IMG/VR virus record: IMGVR_UViG_3300028844_004780
Length of the DNA: 64,000 nucleotides
Source: an uncultured virus (IMG/VR IMGVR_UViG_3300028844_004780)
Lineage: Duplodnaviria; Heunggongvirae; Uroviricota; Caudoviricetes
Strand: one strand, 5' to 3'
How positions within the stretch are numbered: the stretch's first letter is position 1; each line of letters opens with the position of its first letter. Below the pieces are notes generated by a model. It made no database searches. It was not told the DNA's origin and saw only the letters and a list, made by a program, of their open reading frames with translations. Shown here piece by piece: positions 49,360 through 57,695 of this stretch. The translations under genes were made by a program, and so were the position numbers.

Positions 49360-50395
49360 GCAGTTCATTAATATTGCGGCAGGTAGTTTACGCAATTTTA
49401 AGTGGAAGAAGGATTCTCTCGCCAATTGCTCGTGTCCCATTTGTGGAGACAGCAAAAGGGATAAAAAGAAGGCTAGAGGATATTTCTATTCTAAGCATGG
49501 CAGGTTCTTTTATAAGTGTCATAACTGTGATCACTGGTGTAATCTCCATTCTTTTCTCAAGGACACTAACCCATCCCTCTACAAAGAATATTGCATGCAG
49601 TTATTCAGCGGAGGTACTTTAAAGCCTAAGATAAATAACGGTTTTAAGAAGAAGAAGGATGAAGAAGTGTTCAAGATGTTGTCTCCCAAAGGCAAGTTTG
49701 GTAAAAGACCGAAAGGTTGTACCTGCCTTAAAGATCTTTCCAAAGATCACCCAGCAGTAGAGTTCGCCAGTCTTAGATTGATCCCCAAAGAGCATTGGAG
49801 TATCTTGTTCTTTACGGATAATTTTGGTAAGCTCGCTGCCAACATGGATCCAGACCAGAAATTGTTCTCCTACGACCCCAGATTGGTGATACCTTTTTAC
49901 AATAAAGAAGGGGAAGTGGTTGCGGTCCAAGGTCGGTCTCTCAGTATGAAGGATGAGAACAATGCTAGGAGAACGGTGAAATATATCACCGTTAAGGCAG
50001 ACAAAAGCATTGAAAGATTGTGGTACGGCATGTGGCGTGCTAACCCCAAGAAGCGAGTCTACGTGGTTGAAGGTCCTATCGACAGCCTATTCATCCCTAA
50101 TTCTATTGCCATGGTTGGTGCTGGATCCATGCAGAAGATCCCCAGCAGGTTCGCCAATTCAGACATGACTTTCGTTCTGGACAACGAACCAAGGAATAAG
50201 CAGATTGTTAAGTATAATGAGCAGTTGATTTCTAGCGGTAGGGATGTGTGCATTTGGCCTGGTTCGAACAATCATAAAGATGTGAATGATATGATTTTTG
50301 ATAGGTCTGCAAAAGAAATCCGCAAAGAAATCGATAATAACACCTTTTCTGGTCTTGAAGCGACCGCTAGATTGAATCAATGGAGAAGAATCTGA
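49340..50395 (+). CDS. gp61: DNA primase gp61
   Basis: CPICGDS...CHNC zinc finger, VEGPIDS, DNEPRN, KDVND. Confidence 0.97.
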   Translation: MSIIVDKQFINIAAGSLRNFKWKKDSLANCSCPICGDSKRDKKKARGYFYSKHGRFFYKCHNCDHWCNLHSFLKDTNPSLYKEYCMQLFSGGTLKPKINNGFKKKKDEEVFKMLSPKGKFGKRPKGCTCLKDLSKDHPAVEFASLRLIPKEHWSILFFTDNFGKLAANMDPDQKLFSYDPRLVIPFYNKEGEVVAVQGRSLSMKDENNARRTVKYITVKADKSIERLWYGMWRANPKKRVYVVEGPIDSLFIPNSIAMVGAGSMQKIPSRFANSDMTFVLDNEPRNKQIVKYNEQLISSGRDVCIWPGSNNHKDVNDMIFDRSAKEIRKEIDNNTFSGLEATARLNQWRRI

Positions 50396-51474
50396 TGGAA
50401 TTTAATTGTAAGTTTGAATATCTTTGGTTAGATGGTTACGATACACCCAACATCAGAAGCAAGACTAAGTATGCTACTGTGGCGACGGAAAACAACCAAA
50501 TCAGTGTCGAAGACATCCCAGAATGGTCTTTTGACGGCTCGAGCACCGAGCAGGCAGAAGGTAACGATAGCGATTGCCTTTTGGTACCGATCAGGGTCTA
50601 CTCCAATCCGATCGAAAATCAGATCGGTGTCAACTCTTTCATCGTCCTCTGCGAGGTCTTTGATAAGAGCGGTGGGGTTCACCCATCCAACACCAGACAG
50701 TCTCTCAGAGAAGCAATGATCTCCTCTGAGGGTTCTGAAGACATGTGGTTCGGGATTGAACAAGAGTATACCTTCTTGGATCCAAATAATGGTCGCCCTA
50801 TTGGATGGCCCTCCAATCCCACCGAGTTCCCCCACCCACAGGGTCGGTACTACTGCGGAGTGGGTGGAGATGTGGTAGTCCAGCGTAAGCTCGTAGAAGA
50901 TCATGCTTTCGCCTGTTTGTCCTGTGGCATTCCTCTTTGTGGAACTAATGCAGAGGTTATGCTTGGACAATGGGAGTATCAGATTGGGACCGCTAATGCA
51001 CTGGATACCTGCGACGATCTGTGGGTATCGAGATATCTCATGGAGATCCTAGCAGAGAGAGAAGGCTTATCCGTCAGTCTGACTCCTAAGCCTATTCATG
51101 GCGATTGGAACGGTTCAGGTGCTCACATTAATTTTTCTACTAAGGCTCTGAGAGATACTGGTGGTGAAGAATACATTGAAGACATTTGCAAGGCCCTGAG
51201 AAAAAACCATGTAGACCATATTGAGAACTACGGACTGGGGAATAACGAGAGATTGACTGGTAAGCACGAAACCGCGTGTATTGCTTCTTTCTCTTATGGA
51301 GACTCTGATAGAAGTGCTTCCGTCAGGATCCCCCCCACCACTGCTAAGACTGGGAAAGGTTATCTAGAGGATAGACGTCCAGCTTCCAACATCGATCCCT
51401 ACCGTGCTGTCAGATGCTTGGTGGAGACTGTTTCTTCTGTTGAATGCCCATCTTTGGTGGGAACCTCTTCATGA
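50395..51474 (+). CDS. glnII: Glutamine synthetase type II
   Basis: EYLWLDG..IRSKT, WSFDGSST.QA, FGIEQEY, YYCGVG, NAEVMLGQWEYQ, WNGSGAH.NFS, RLTGKHET, YLEDRRP. Confidence 0.93.
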   Translation: MEFNCKFEYLWLDGYDTPNIRSKTKYATVATENNQISVEDIPEWSFDGSSTEQAEGNDSDCLLVPIRVYSNPIENQIGVNSFIVLCEVFDKSGGVHPSNTRQSLREAMISSEGSEDMWFGIEQEYTFLDPNNGRPIGWPSNPTEFPHPQGRYYCGVGGDVVVQRKLVEDHAFACLSCGIPLCGTNAEVMLGQWEYQIGTANALDTCDDLWVSRYLMEILAEREGLSVSLTPKPIHGDWNGSGAHINFSTKALRDTGGEEYIEDICKALRKNHVDHIENYGLGNNERLTGKHETACIASFSYGDSDRSASVRIPPTTAKTGKGYLEDRRPASNIDPYRAVRCLVETVSSVECPSLVGTSS

Positions 51475-52208
51475 AAGAACCGATCAGTATTGATGGGGTA
51501 GAGGGCGGTTTCGTTCAACTGGTAGATAGCATGGGTTCAGATCTTACGGTCTGTAATGCTGCAAGGGTGTCATTCGCAAAAGAGACCGAATGGGATGTAG
51601 ACGAAGATGCTAAGTCCAGACTGAAAGAGAGCGGCTCCACTTATCATGCAGAGGATCTGAATGTCCTGAATAAGAAAGACCAAAAGTTGCTCAAGTATCT
51701 TGCAGAACATGGGCATTGGACGCCTTTTGCACATCCTCAAGTGACCCTGAGGATTAAGGCACCAGTCTCTATCAGAACCCAATTCTTCAAGCACAAGCAG
51801 GGATTCGTGGAAAACGAGATCAGCAGGAGATACGTCTCTTTCGACCCCGAGTTCTACCGACCCAAGTGGAGAGGTAGACCCACAAACGGTGCTAAGCAGG
51901 GAAGTGATGATTTTATCGAAGTAGACAACGAGACCCAGCAGGTGTTCGATAATACAATTAGATCTGCGGTTTATACGTACAACCAGCTTTTAGAACAAGG
52001 GGTTGCACCAGAACAGGCGAGGTTCGTTCTTCCCCAAGGGATGTTCACCGAATGGTTCTGGACTGGAAGCCTAGCCGCTTACATGAGGTTCATTAGTCAG
52101 AGGATTGATGACCATGCACAGTGGGAGATAAGGCAATACGCCATTGCCATTTCAGGCGTGATGGAAGGTCTCTTTCCTTGGTCTTCAAAATATCTTGCCA
52201 AGGGTTGA
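51471..52208 (+). CDS. thyX: Flavin-dependent thymidylate synthase ThyX
   Basis: NAARVS, HWTPFAH, NEISRRY, EQARFVLP, AQWEIR. Confidence 0.96.
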   Translation: MKEPISIDGVEGGFVQLVDSMGSDLTVCNAARVSFAKETEWDVDEDAKSRLKESGSTYHAEDLNVLNKKDQKLLKYLAEHGHWTPFAHPQVTLRIKAPVSIRTQFFKHKQGFVENEISRRYVSFDPEFYRPKWRGRPTNGAKQGSDDFIEVDNETQQVFDNTIRSAVYTYNQLLEQGVAPEQARFVLPQGMFTEWFWTGSLAAYMRFISQRIDDHAQWEIRQYAIAISGVMEGLFPWSSKYLAKG

Positions 52209-52257
52209 TCAGAACACTACATAGAGATGCGTTTTTACATAAAAGGAATTATATCAG

Positions 52258-54195
52258 ATGAACGAAGAACTGCCCACACCCTATCAGACCTTTATCCACT
52301 TGTCCAGATACTCCAGGTGGTTAGACGACCTCGGTAAACGAGAGAGTTGGGGTGAGACTGTAGACAGATATATCGGTTTCTTCAAGGGTCACCTAGAAAG
52401 AACTCTGGGGTATAAAATGGGTTCTGGCATCGAAAATGAGGTCAGAGATGCCATCATCAATCTTGAAGTCATGCCTAGTATGCGATGTTTGATGACTGCT
52501 GGTAAGGCGTTGCGTAAGGATATGGTTGCTGGATACAACTGCTCCTATCTTAAAATCAACAGGGTTAGAGCATTCGACGAAGTATTGTATGTTCTGATGT
52601 GTGGAACTGGTGTTGGTTTCAGTGTTGAAAGAGAATATGTCGCTAAGCTTCCAACTATCGCAGAGGAGTTCACTGAATCTGACACCACGATTGTCGTGCA
52701 AGACAGCAGAATCGGGTGGTGTAAAGCACTTCGTGAACTGATTTCCCTTCTGATAACTGGGCAGGTGCCGAAGTGGGATCTCTCCAAAGTCCGACCTTCT
52801 GGTTCCAGACTGAAGACTTTCGGTGGTCGCTCTTCTGGACCAGAATCTCTCGACGAGATGTTCAGATTCACGGTTGATAACTTCAAGAAGGCTGCTGGTA
52901 GGAAGTTGACTTCGTTGGAATGTCATGACCAAGTATGCAAGATCGCAGAGATTGTGGTGGTCGGTGGTGTTCGTCGTGCTGCTTTGATTTCCCTTTCTTC
53001 CCTTACGGATGAAAGAATGCGTGGGGCAAAGAGCGGACAATGGTGGGTCATCGATCCCCAGCGAGCACTGTCCAACAACTCGGTATGCTACAAGTCCAAG
53101 CCTGAAGTTGGTACTTTCATGCAGGAGTGGTTGTCCCTCTATGAATCCAAGAGCGGGGAAAGAGGAATCTTCAACAGAGAGAGTGCCAAGAAGACTGTAG
53201 CAGAGAACGGAAGAAGAGACCCCGATCATGATTTCGGTACCAACCCTTGCTCCGAAATCATCCTTAGGGATCGGGAATTCTGCAACTTGTCTGAGATCGT
53301 CGCCAGAGAAGGAGACACAGAAGAAGACATGCTTCGGAAGGTGAGAGTTGCCACAATCATTGGTACATGGCAGTCGACTCTCACCGACTTCAGATATCTA
53401 TCCACAGAATGGAAGAAGAACTGTGAAGAAGAAAGGCTCCTGGGAGTTTCAATTACTGGGATCATGGACAATAATCTACTTAATGGCAAGGACAATAGTG
53501 GAGGTCTACCAGATTTACTCGCCAAACTGAAGAAGACTGCTGTTTCTACCAATAAGGAATGGTGCAGTAGGCTGGGAATCAGTCAGTCTGCCTCAATTAC
53601 ATGTGTAAAGCCTTCTGGCACTGTGTCCCAGTTAGTAGACTCAGCATCGGGTATCCATGCACGACACAACCCTTATTACATTCGCACAGTCCGTGCTTCT
53701 ACTAGGGACCCTTTGTGCTCTTTCATGATTGATAAGGGATTCCCACACGAAAAATGTGCCATGAAGCCAGATACCACCATGGTCTTTTCTTTCCCAATCA
53801 AGTCTCCTGAAGATGCAGTGTTCAGGAAGGACATGAGTGCGATCGAGCAGCTAGAACTGTGGTTGACTTATCAGAAGCACTGGTGCGAGCATAAGCCTTC
53901 GGTGACCATCTCAGTCAAGGAGCACGAATGGTTGGATGTTGGTGCTTGGGTTTATGATCATTTCGACGAGGTTGCTGGTGTTTCGTTCTTGCCCTTCAGC
54001 GATCACTCTTACAAGCAGGCACCTTACCAGGACTGCACAGTCGAGGAGTACAACGGTCTTGTGGAGAAGATGCCCCAAGATGTGGATTGGTCGGAGTTGT
54101 CGACCTATGAAAAGGAAGACAACACCGCTGGCTCTCAGACTCTGGCCTGCTCCGCTGGATCCTGCGAAGTGGTCGATCTGACTTCGGAAGACTGA
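52258..54195 (+). CDS. nrdJ: Class II (adenosylcobalamin) ribonucleotide reductase, RTPR-type
   Basis: YNCSY, TNPCSEI, CVKPSGT, C-terminal LACSAGSCE; no nrdB follows. Confidence 0.9.
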   Translation: MNEELPTPYQTFIHLSRYSRWLDDLGKRESWGETVDRYIGFFKGHLERTLGYKMGSGIENEVRDAIINLEVMPSMRCLMTAGKALRKDMVAGYNCSYLKINRVRAFDEVLYVLMCGTGVGFSVEREYVAKLPTIAEEFTESDTTIVVQDSRIGWCKALRELISLLITGQVPKWDLSKVRPSGSRLKTFGGRSSGPESLDEMFRFTVDNFKKAAGRKLTSLECHDQVCKIAEIVVVGGVRRAALISLSSLTDERMRGAKSGQWWVIDPQRALSNNSVCYKSKPEVGTFMQEWLSLYESKSGERGIFNRESAKKTVAENGRRDPDHDFGTNPCSEIILRDREFCNLSEIVAREGDTEEDMLRKVRVATIIGTWQSTLTDFRYLSTEWKKNCEEERLLGVSITGIMDNNLLNGKDNSGGLPDLLAKLKKTAVSTNKEWCSRLGISQSASITCVKPSGTVSQLVDSASGIHARHNPYYIRTVRASTRDPLCSFMIDKGFPHEKCAMKPDTTMVFSFPIKSPEDAVFRKDMSAIEQLELWLTYQKHWCEHKPSVTISVKEHEWLDVGAWVYDHFDEVAGVSFLPFSDHSYKQAPYQDCTVEEYNGLVEKMPQDVDWSELSTYEKEDNTAGSQTLACSAGSCEVVDLTSED

Positions 54196-54216
54196 CCCTA
54201 ACAGGCACCTAACTTA

Positions 54217-54235
54217 ATTGAGACTCAGTCTCAAT
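54217..54235. promoter_or_regulatory. Perfect 9-1-9 palindrome ATTGAGACT-C-AGTCTCAAT (Fur-box-like operator)
   Basis: Exact inverted repeat in intergenic DNA; identity of the binding protein is inferred. Confidence 0.5.
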
Positions 54236-54272
54236 GCCGTTCACAACTCATCCACAATTCATCCACATACCC

Positions 54273-54310
54273 GAACCCCCTTCCTGATATTCAGAAGGGG
54301 GTTCTCCTTT
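54273..54310 (+). terminator. Hairpin/terminator after nrdJ
   Basis: GAACCCCCTTC...GAAGGGGGTTC 11-bp stem followed by TCCTTT. Confidence 0.65.
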
Positions 54311-54326
54311 GATACCTTCGACCGAC

Positions 54327-54355
54327 TTGACACGAGGACGCCTTTCTGGTAAAAT
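54327..54355 (+). promoter_or_regulatory. Early promoter TTGACA-17-TAAAAT with GCCT motif; leaderless geometry
   Basis: ATG 6 nt after the -10. Confidence 0.85.
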
Positions 54356-54361
54356 GGGTGC

Positions 54362-56620
54362 ATGAGCACTACTGCAATCAATACCGAAGCAAAGGGTCTG
54401 CTGGCAAAGCTGCTGGCGACCGAGGATATCACCGTGGAGCACCAGCCAGTGCATACCGCGATGTTCAACACCGAGTCCCGTACCTTGACTCTTCCCATCT
54501 GGGAGAATGCCAGCAACAGCCTTTACGACATGCTGGTCGGCCATGAGGTCGGACACGCACTGTTCACCCCCGATGTGGATCTGGAAAAGGTCCTCGACGA
54601 CATGGATCCCACCGATAGCATCCCCAAGGGTACTCGGATGGATTACCTGAACGTGGTCGAAGATGCCCGAATCGAGAAGGATATCCAGTCCCGATTCCCA
54701 GGCCTCCGTCGCGATTTCCGATCCGCATACAACGAACTGCTCGAACGTGATTTCTTCGGAGTCGCGGGAATCGATAATCTTGGCGAGTTGTCTTTCATCG
54801 ACCGAGTGAATCTCCACTTCAAGGTCGGGACCATGCTGCAGATCCCGTTTACCAGTGAAGAGTCGGATTTGGTGACCATGGTCGACGAATGCGAAGATTT
54901 CGACGAAGTCATCGACACCGCTGTCACCTTGATGAACTACTCTGCATCCAAGCAAGAGGACGAGACTGATGAAAATCAGTCTGGCATTGCCGATCCAGAA
55001 GGTGACCAGCAGGCCGAATCCGACAGCGGCAATGGTTCTGCTGACGGTGGCGAAGATGATTCAGATGAGGGTGATGGAGAAGGTGAGAGCCTAAGTGGAT
55101 CAGATCCCGCTGATGAAGGATCTGAGCCTTCTACCGAAACCGACGGTGATGGCGACGAGAAGGATGATTCCTCTGGACCGTCCAGCTCTGGTTCTAGTAA
55201 TGGTCCACTGCCAGAAGAATCCATGACTCAGTCTGCACTCGCTGACAATCTCAAGGATATGGCGAAGAATCCTGGATCTAGGACGAGAAATCGACAGTAC
55301 GTGACCGTCCCGAACCAGATCGACTTGTCGAACACCATTGTTTCGGCCCAGGATTTTCTGAATACCTACCGACAATGCGGTTTTTCCGAAGACAAGTACG
55401 TTCGATGCTTGAAGGCTGCTTTGGATTTCCAGAAGGAATCGCAGAAGATTGTGGGCAACATGGTCAAGCGATTCGAAATGCGAAAGGCTGCAGAAGAATC
55501 GAAGAGGGTAATGTCCTCAGATACTGGCATTCTTGATACGATCAAGATGATCAACTATCGCTGGTCTGAGGACATCTTCCTGAAGTCATCCACTGTAGAA
55601 GATGGTCAGAGTCACGGCCTAGTGATGTTCGTCGACTGGTCTGGTTCGATGTCCCCGAACATTTTCGATACGGTCAAGCAGTTGTTGGTCCTTGCAATGT
55701 TCTGCAAGAAGGTGAACATCCCTTTCGACGTCTATGCCTTCACCAATGGATGGTCTCGTCGATCGTCTGGGTGGGCAAGGCGAAATGCCGAGTTCGACAG
55801 TCGATGGGATAGCGACACCTACCCTGAGATATGCAAAGGTCTGAAGGTCGGCGATGTCAAGTGCTGTGAATGCCTTCATCTGGTGAACATGCTCAGCTCT
55901 GATCTCAAGAAGTCCGACTGGATCGAGTGCTTCACCTACCTTTTCTCCGAGGGGATGATGCAGGATTACAATCACATGAAGACCTGGGGTGTCACTAATC
56001 CCCGAATGCACCTTGGTGGCACTCCTCTCGATGATGCCATCACTGCCGCTCGTCAAGTGGTAATCGACTTCAAGTCTAAGCACGGGGTTCAGGTGGTGAA
56101 TACTGTCTTCCTCACTGACGGTTGCAGCGGATCTGGTCCTCTCCAGAATAAATCTTGGGATGGGAAGAAGTGGTCCGAAGTGGATTACAACAATCAAAGG
56201 GTCCTCAAGTCTCACGACGGTACCCTGTTTGAAAGCGAAGATGTTTATGCTTGCCACACTGAAACGTTTTTCAGGTGGTTGCGTCATGAGACTGGTGCTC
56301 CTGTGATCGGGATCTACCTCACCGAAAGTAAGTATTATGCCAGTACCATTCCTGATCAGAAAGATACCAAGTCATTTGAGAAGAAGTGCGAAAGTCTCAA
56401 GAACGAAGGTGCAGTCTCATGTGGTGATGCCAGAGGGTACTCCGAGTACATCGTGATGATGGCGGAAGGACACAAGAAGATCAGGGGCCTGGATGATGTC
56501 CGAGTCGGTTCGAACAGTCGGGTCGTGGCGAATGCGATGATCCGAGAAGCGAAGAAGAAGAAGGGCCTGACGAAGATCATGGACATCTTCGTCGACAGGA
56601 TTTGTGGTCATGGAATCTGA
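54362..56620 (+). CDS. HEXXH metallopeptidase-like + VWA (CobT-like) protein
   Basis: LAKLLATEDI, GHEVGH, NVVEDARIE, acidic linker, MIDAS DWSGSM, GTPL, FLTDG. Confidence 0.88.
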   Translation: MSTTAINTEAKGLLAKLLATEDITVEHQPVHTAMFNTESRTLTLPIWENASNSLYDMLVGHEVGHALFTPDVDLEKVLDDMDPTDSIPKGTRMDYLNVVEDARIEKDIQSRFPGLRRDFRSAYNELLERDFFGVAGIDNLGELSFIDRVNLHFKVGTMLQIPFTSEESDLVTMVDECEDFDEVIDTAVTLMNYSASKQEDETDENQSGIADPEGDQQAESDSGNGSADGGEDDSDEGDGEGESLSGSDPADEGSEPSTETDGDGDEKDDSSGPSSSGSSNGPLPEESMTQSALADNLKDMAKNPGSRTRNRQYVTVPNQIDLSNTIVSAQDFLNTYRQCGFSEDKYVRCLKAALDFQKESQKIVGNMVKRFEMRKAAEESKRVMSSDTGILDTIKMINYRWSEDIFLKSSTVEDGQSHGLVMFVDWSGSMSPNIFDTVKQLLVLAMFCKKVNIPFDVYAFTNGWSRRSSGWARRNAEFDSRWDSDTYPEICKGLKVGDVKCCECLHLVNMLSSDLKKSDWIECFTYLFSEGMMQDYNHMKTWGVTNPRMHLGGTPLDDAITAARQVVIDFKSKHGVQVVNTVFLTDGCSGSGPLQNKSWDGKKWSEVDYNNQRVLKSHDGTLFESEDVYACHTETFFRWLRHETGAPVIGIYLTESKYYASTIPDQKDTKSFEKKCESLKNEGAVSCGDARGYSEYIVMMAEGHKKIRGLDDVRVGSNSRVVANAMIREAKKKKGLTKIMDIFVDRICGHGI

Positions 56621-56707
56621 ACCGATAGAGGTTTGGATGATGACAGCCCGTCTGCTCATCATGTGGTGGGTAGTTTGTATGAACTGCGTTGAAAGATCAA
56701 GGATTAG

Positions 56708-57136
56708 ATGATGATCACTCAAGTTGTTTTGGCATCCACCATGTGTGTTACCACCTGTTACTACACATCGACCACCAGGATCTCAGATCGTTTTTTGTCT
56801 GCTATCTGTCAGGTGGAGTCAAATTGCACCGAGGGAGCGGTAGGGGATGGAGGCAAGGCGATTGGTCCTTATCAGATCTGGTATGCCTACTGGAAGGATG
56901 CAGTAGAGTACGACCGATCGATCGGCGGGTCTTATCGAGATTGCCTATATAAGGGGTACTCAGAGAAGATTGTCCGTGCTTACATGGCAAGGTATGCCAT
57001 CCAAAGAAGGCTAGGCCGTCCTGTCACCGATCAAGATCGTGCAAGGATTCACAACGGTGGGCCTAACGGATATAATAAAACTGCAACGGTTAAGTATTGG
57101 AAGAAGGTGCAGAATGTCCTCAAAGGGAAGTCATAG
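56708..57136 (+). CDS. Lysozyme-like protein resembling invertebrate-type lysozyme/destabilase; candidate endolysin
   Basis: AICQVES, GPYQIWYAYWKDA, YMARY, ARIHNGGPNG...YWKKV. Confidence 0.8.
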   Translation: MMITQVVLASTMCVTTCYYTSTTRISDRFLSAICQVESNCTEGAVGDGGKAIGPYQIWYAYWKDAVEYDRSIGGSYRDCLYKGYSEKIVRAYMARYAIQRRLGRPVTDQDRARIHNGGPNGYNKTATVKYWKKVQNVLKGKS

Positions 57137-57266
57137 GGTCCACTCTGCTGGGAAGGGCGACAGTCCAAGAAAGATCGATATGGAAAAGTATCGAGAAAAT
57201 TATAACAAGATCTTCGGCAGTAAGAAGACTAAACCGAATCTCAAAGGAAAGAAGAATTCATCATGA
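57114..57266 (+). CDS. Small basic protein (GKGDSPR...YRENYNKIFG)
   Basis: Motif recurrent in small phage ORFs. Confidence 0.6.
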   Translation: MSSKGSHRVHSAGKGDSPRKIDMEKYRENYNKIFGSKKTKPNLKGKKNSS

Positions 57267-57589
57267 ATGACATTAAGCTGGTCAAGTTGTCCACCCAAGA
57301 GGACATCATTTGTAAGCACGAGTTCCATGACACAACTGGTACTCACGTGCTCAAGTCTCCGTGTGTGATTGTTGTCACCCAGAACGGTTTTGGTGCAATG
57401 CCCTATACCCCCTATGCCGACACATGGGAAGCTGGTATCTCCATCGATGAACAGTTTGTCATGACTGTGCTTGACCCCAGCGACGAGATGAAGAATCAGT
57501 ACAACTCGTCTTTCGGGAGCGGACTGGTTACCCCAACCAAGCAGAAGCCCGTCGCCACTGGTCCCATAGGAATCATCGGCGGGGACTGA
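57263..57589 (+). CDS. Sm-like-fold small protein
   Basis: IKLVKLSTQEDII...LKSP...PY...NQYNSSFGSGLVTP. Confidence 0.7.
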   Translation: MNDIKLVKLSTQEDIICKHEFHDTTGTHVLKSPCVIVVTQNGFGAMPYTPYADTWEAGISIDEQFVMTVLDPSDEMKNQYNSSFGSGLVTPTKQKPVATGPIGIIGGD

Positions 57590-57601
57590 TATTTGAACCA
57601 T

Positions 57602-57675
57602 GTGCCTGTAGCTCAGTTGGATAGAGCAGCTGACTTCTAATCAGCAGGTCATAGGTTCGAGTCCTATCAGGCATG
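57602..57675 (+). tRNA. tRNA-Arg (UCU)
   Basis: Canonical cloverleaf; anticodon loop CTTCTAA. Confidence 0.96.
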
Positions 57676-57695
57676 TTTACATTATGGAGAACGTC

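Noticed and set aside
52393..53229. 278-aa minus-strand ORF (likewise 23852-24622, 44801-45478, 54248-54955, 55619-56287)
   Set aside because: All fully overlap well-supported + strand genes and lack recognisable features
43898..54195. Inteins or group I introns in gp43, gp41, nrdJ, thyX (and gp17)
   Set aside because: All are uninterrupted and of ordinary length; no splicing motifs seen
56610..56711. Possible 33-aa ORF (MESEPIEVWMM...) between the VWA gene and the lysozyme
   Set aside because: Too short, with no clear SD or homology support
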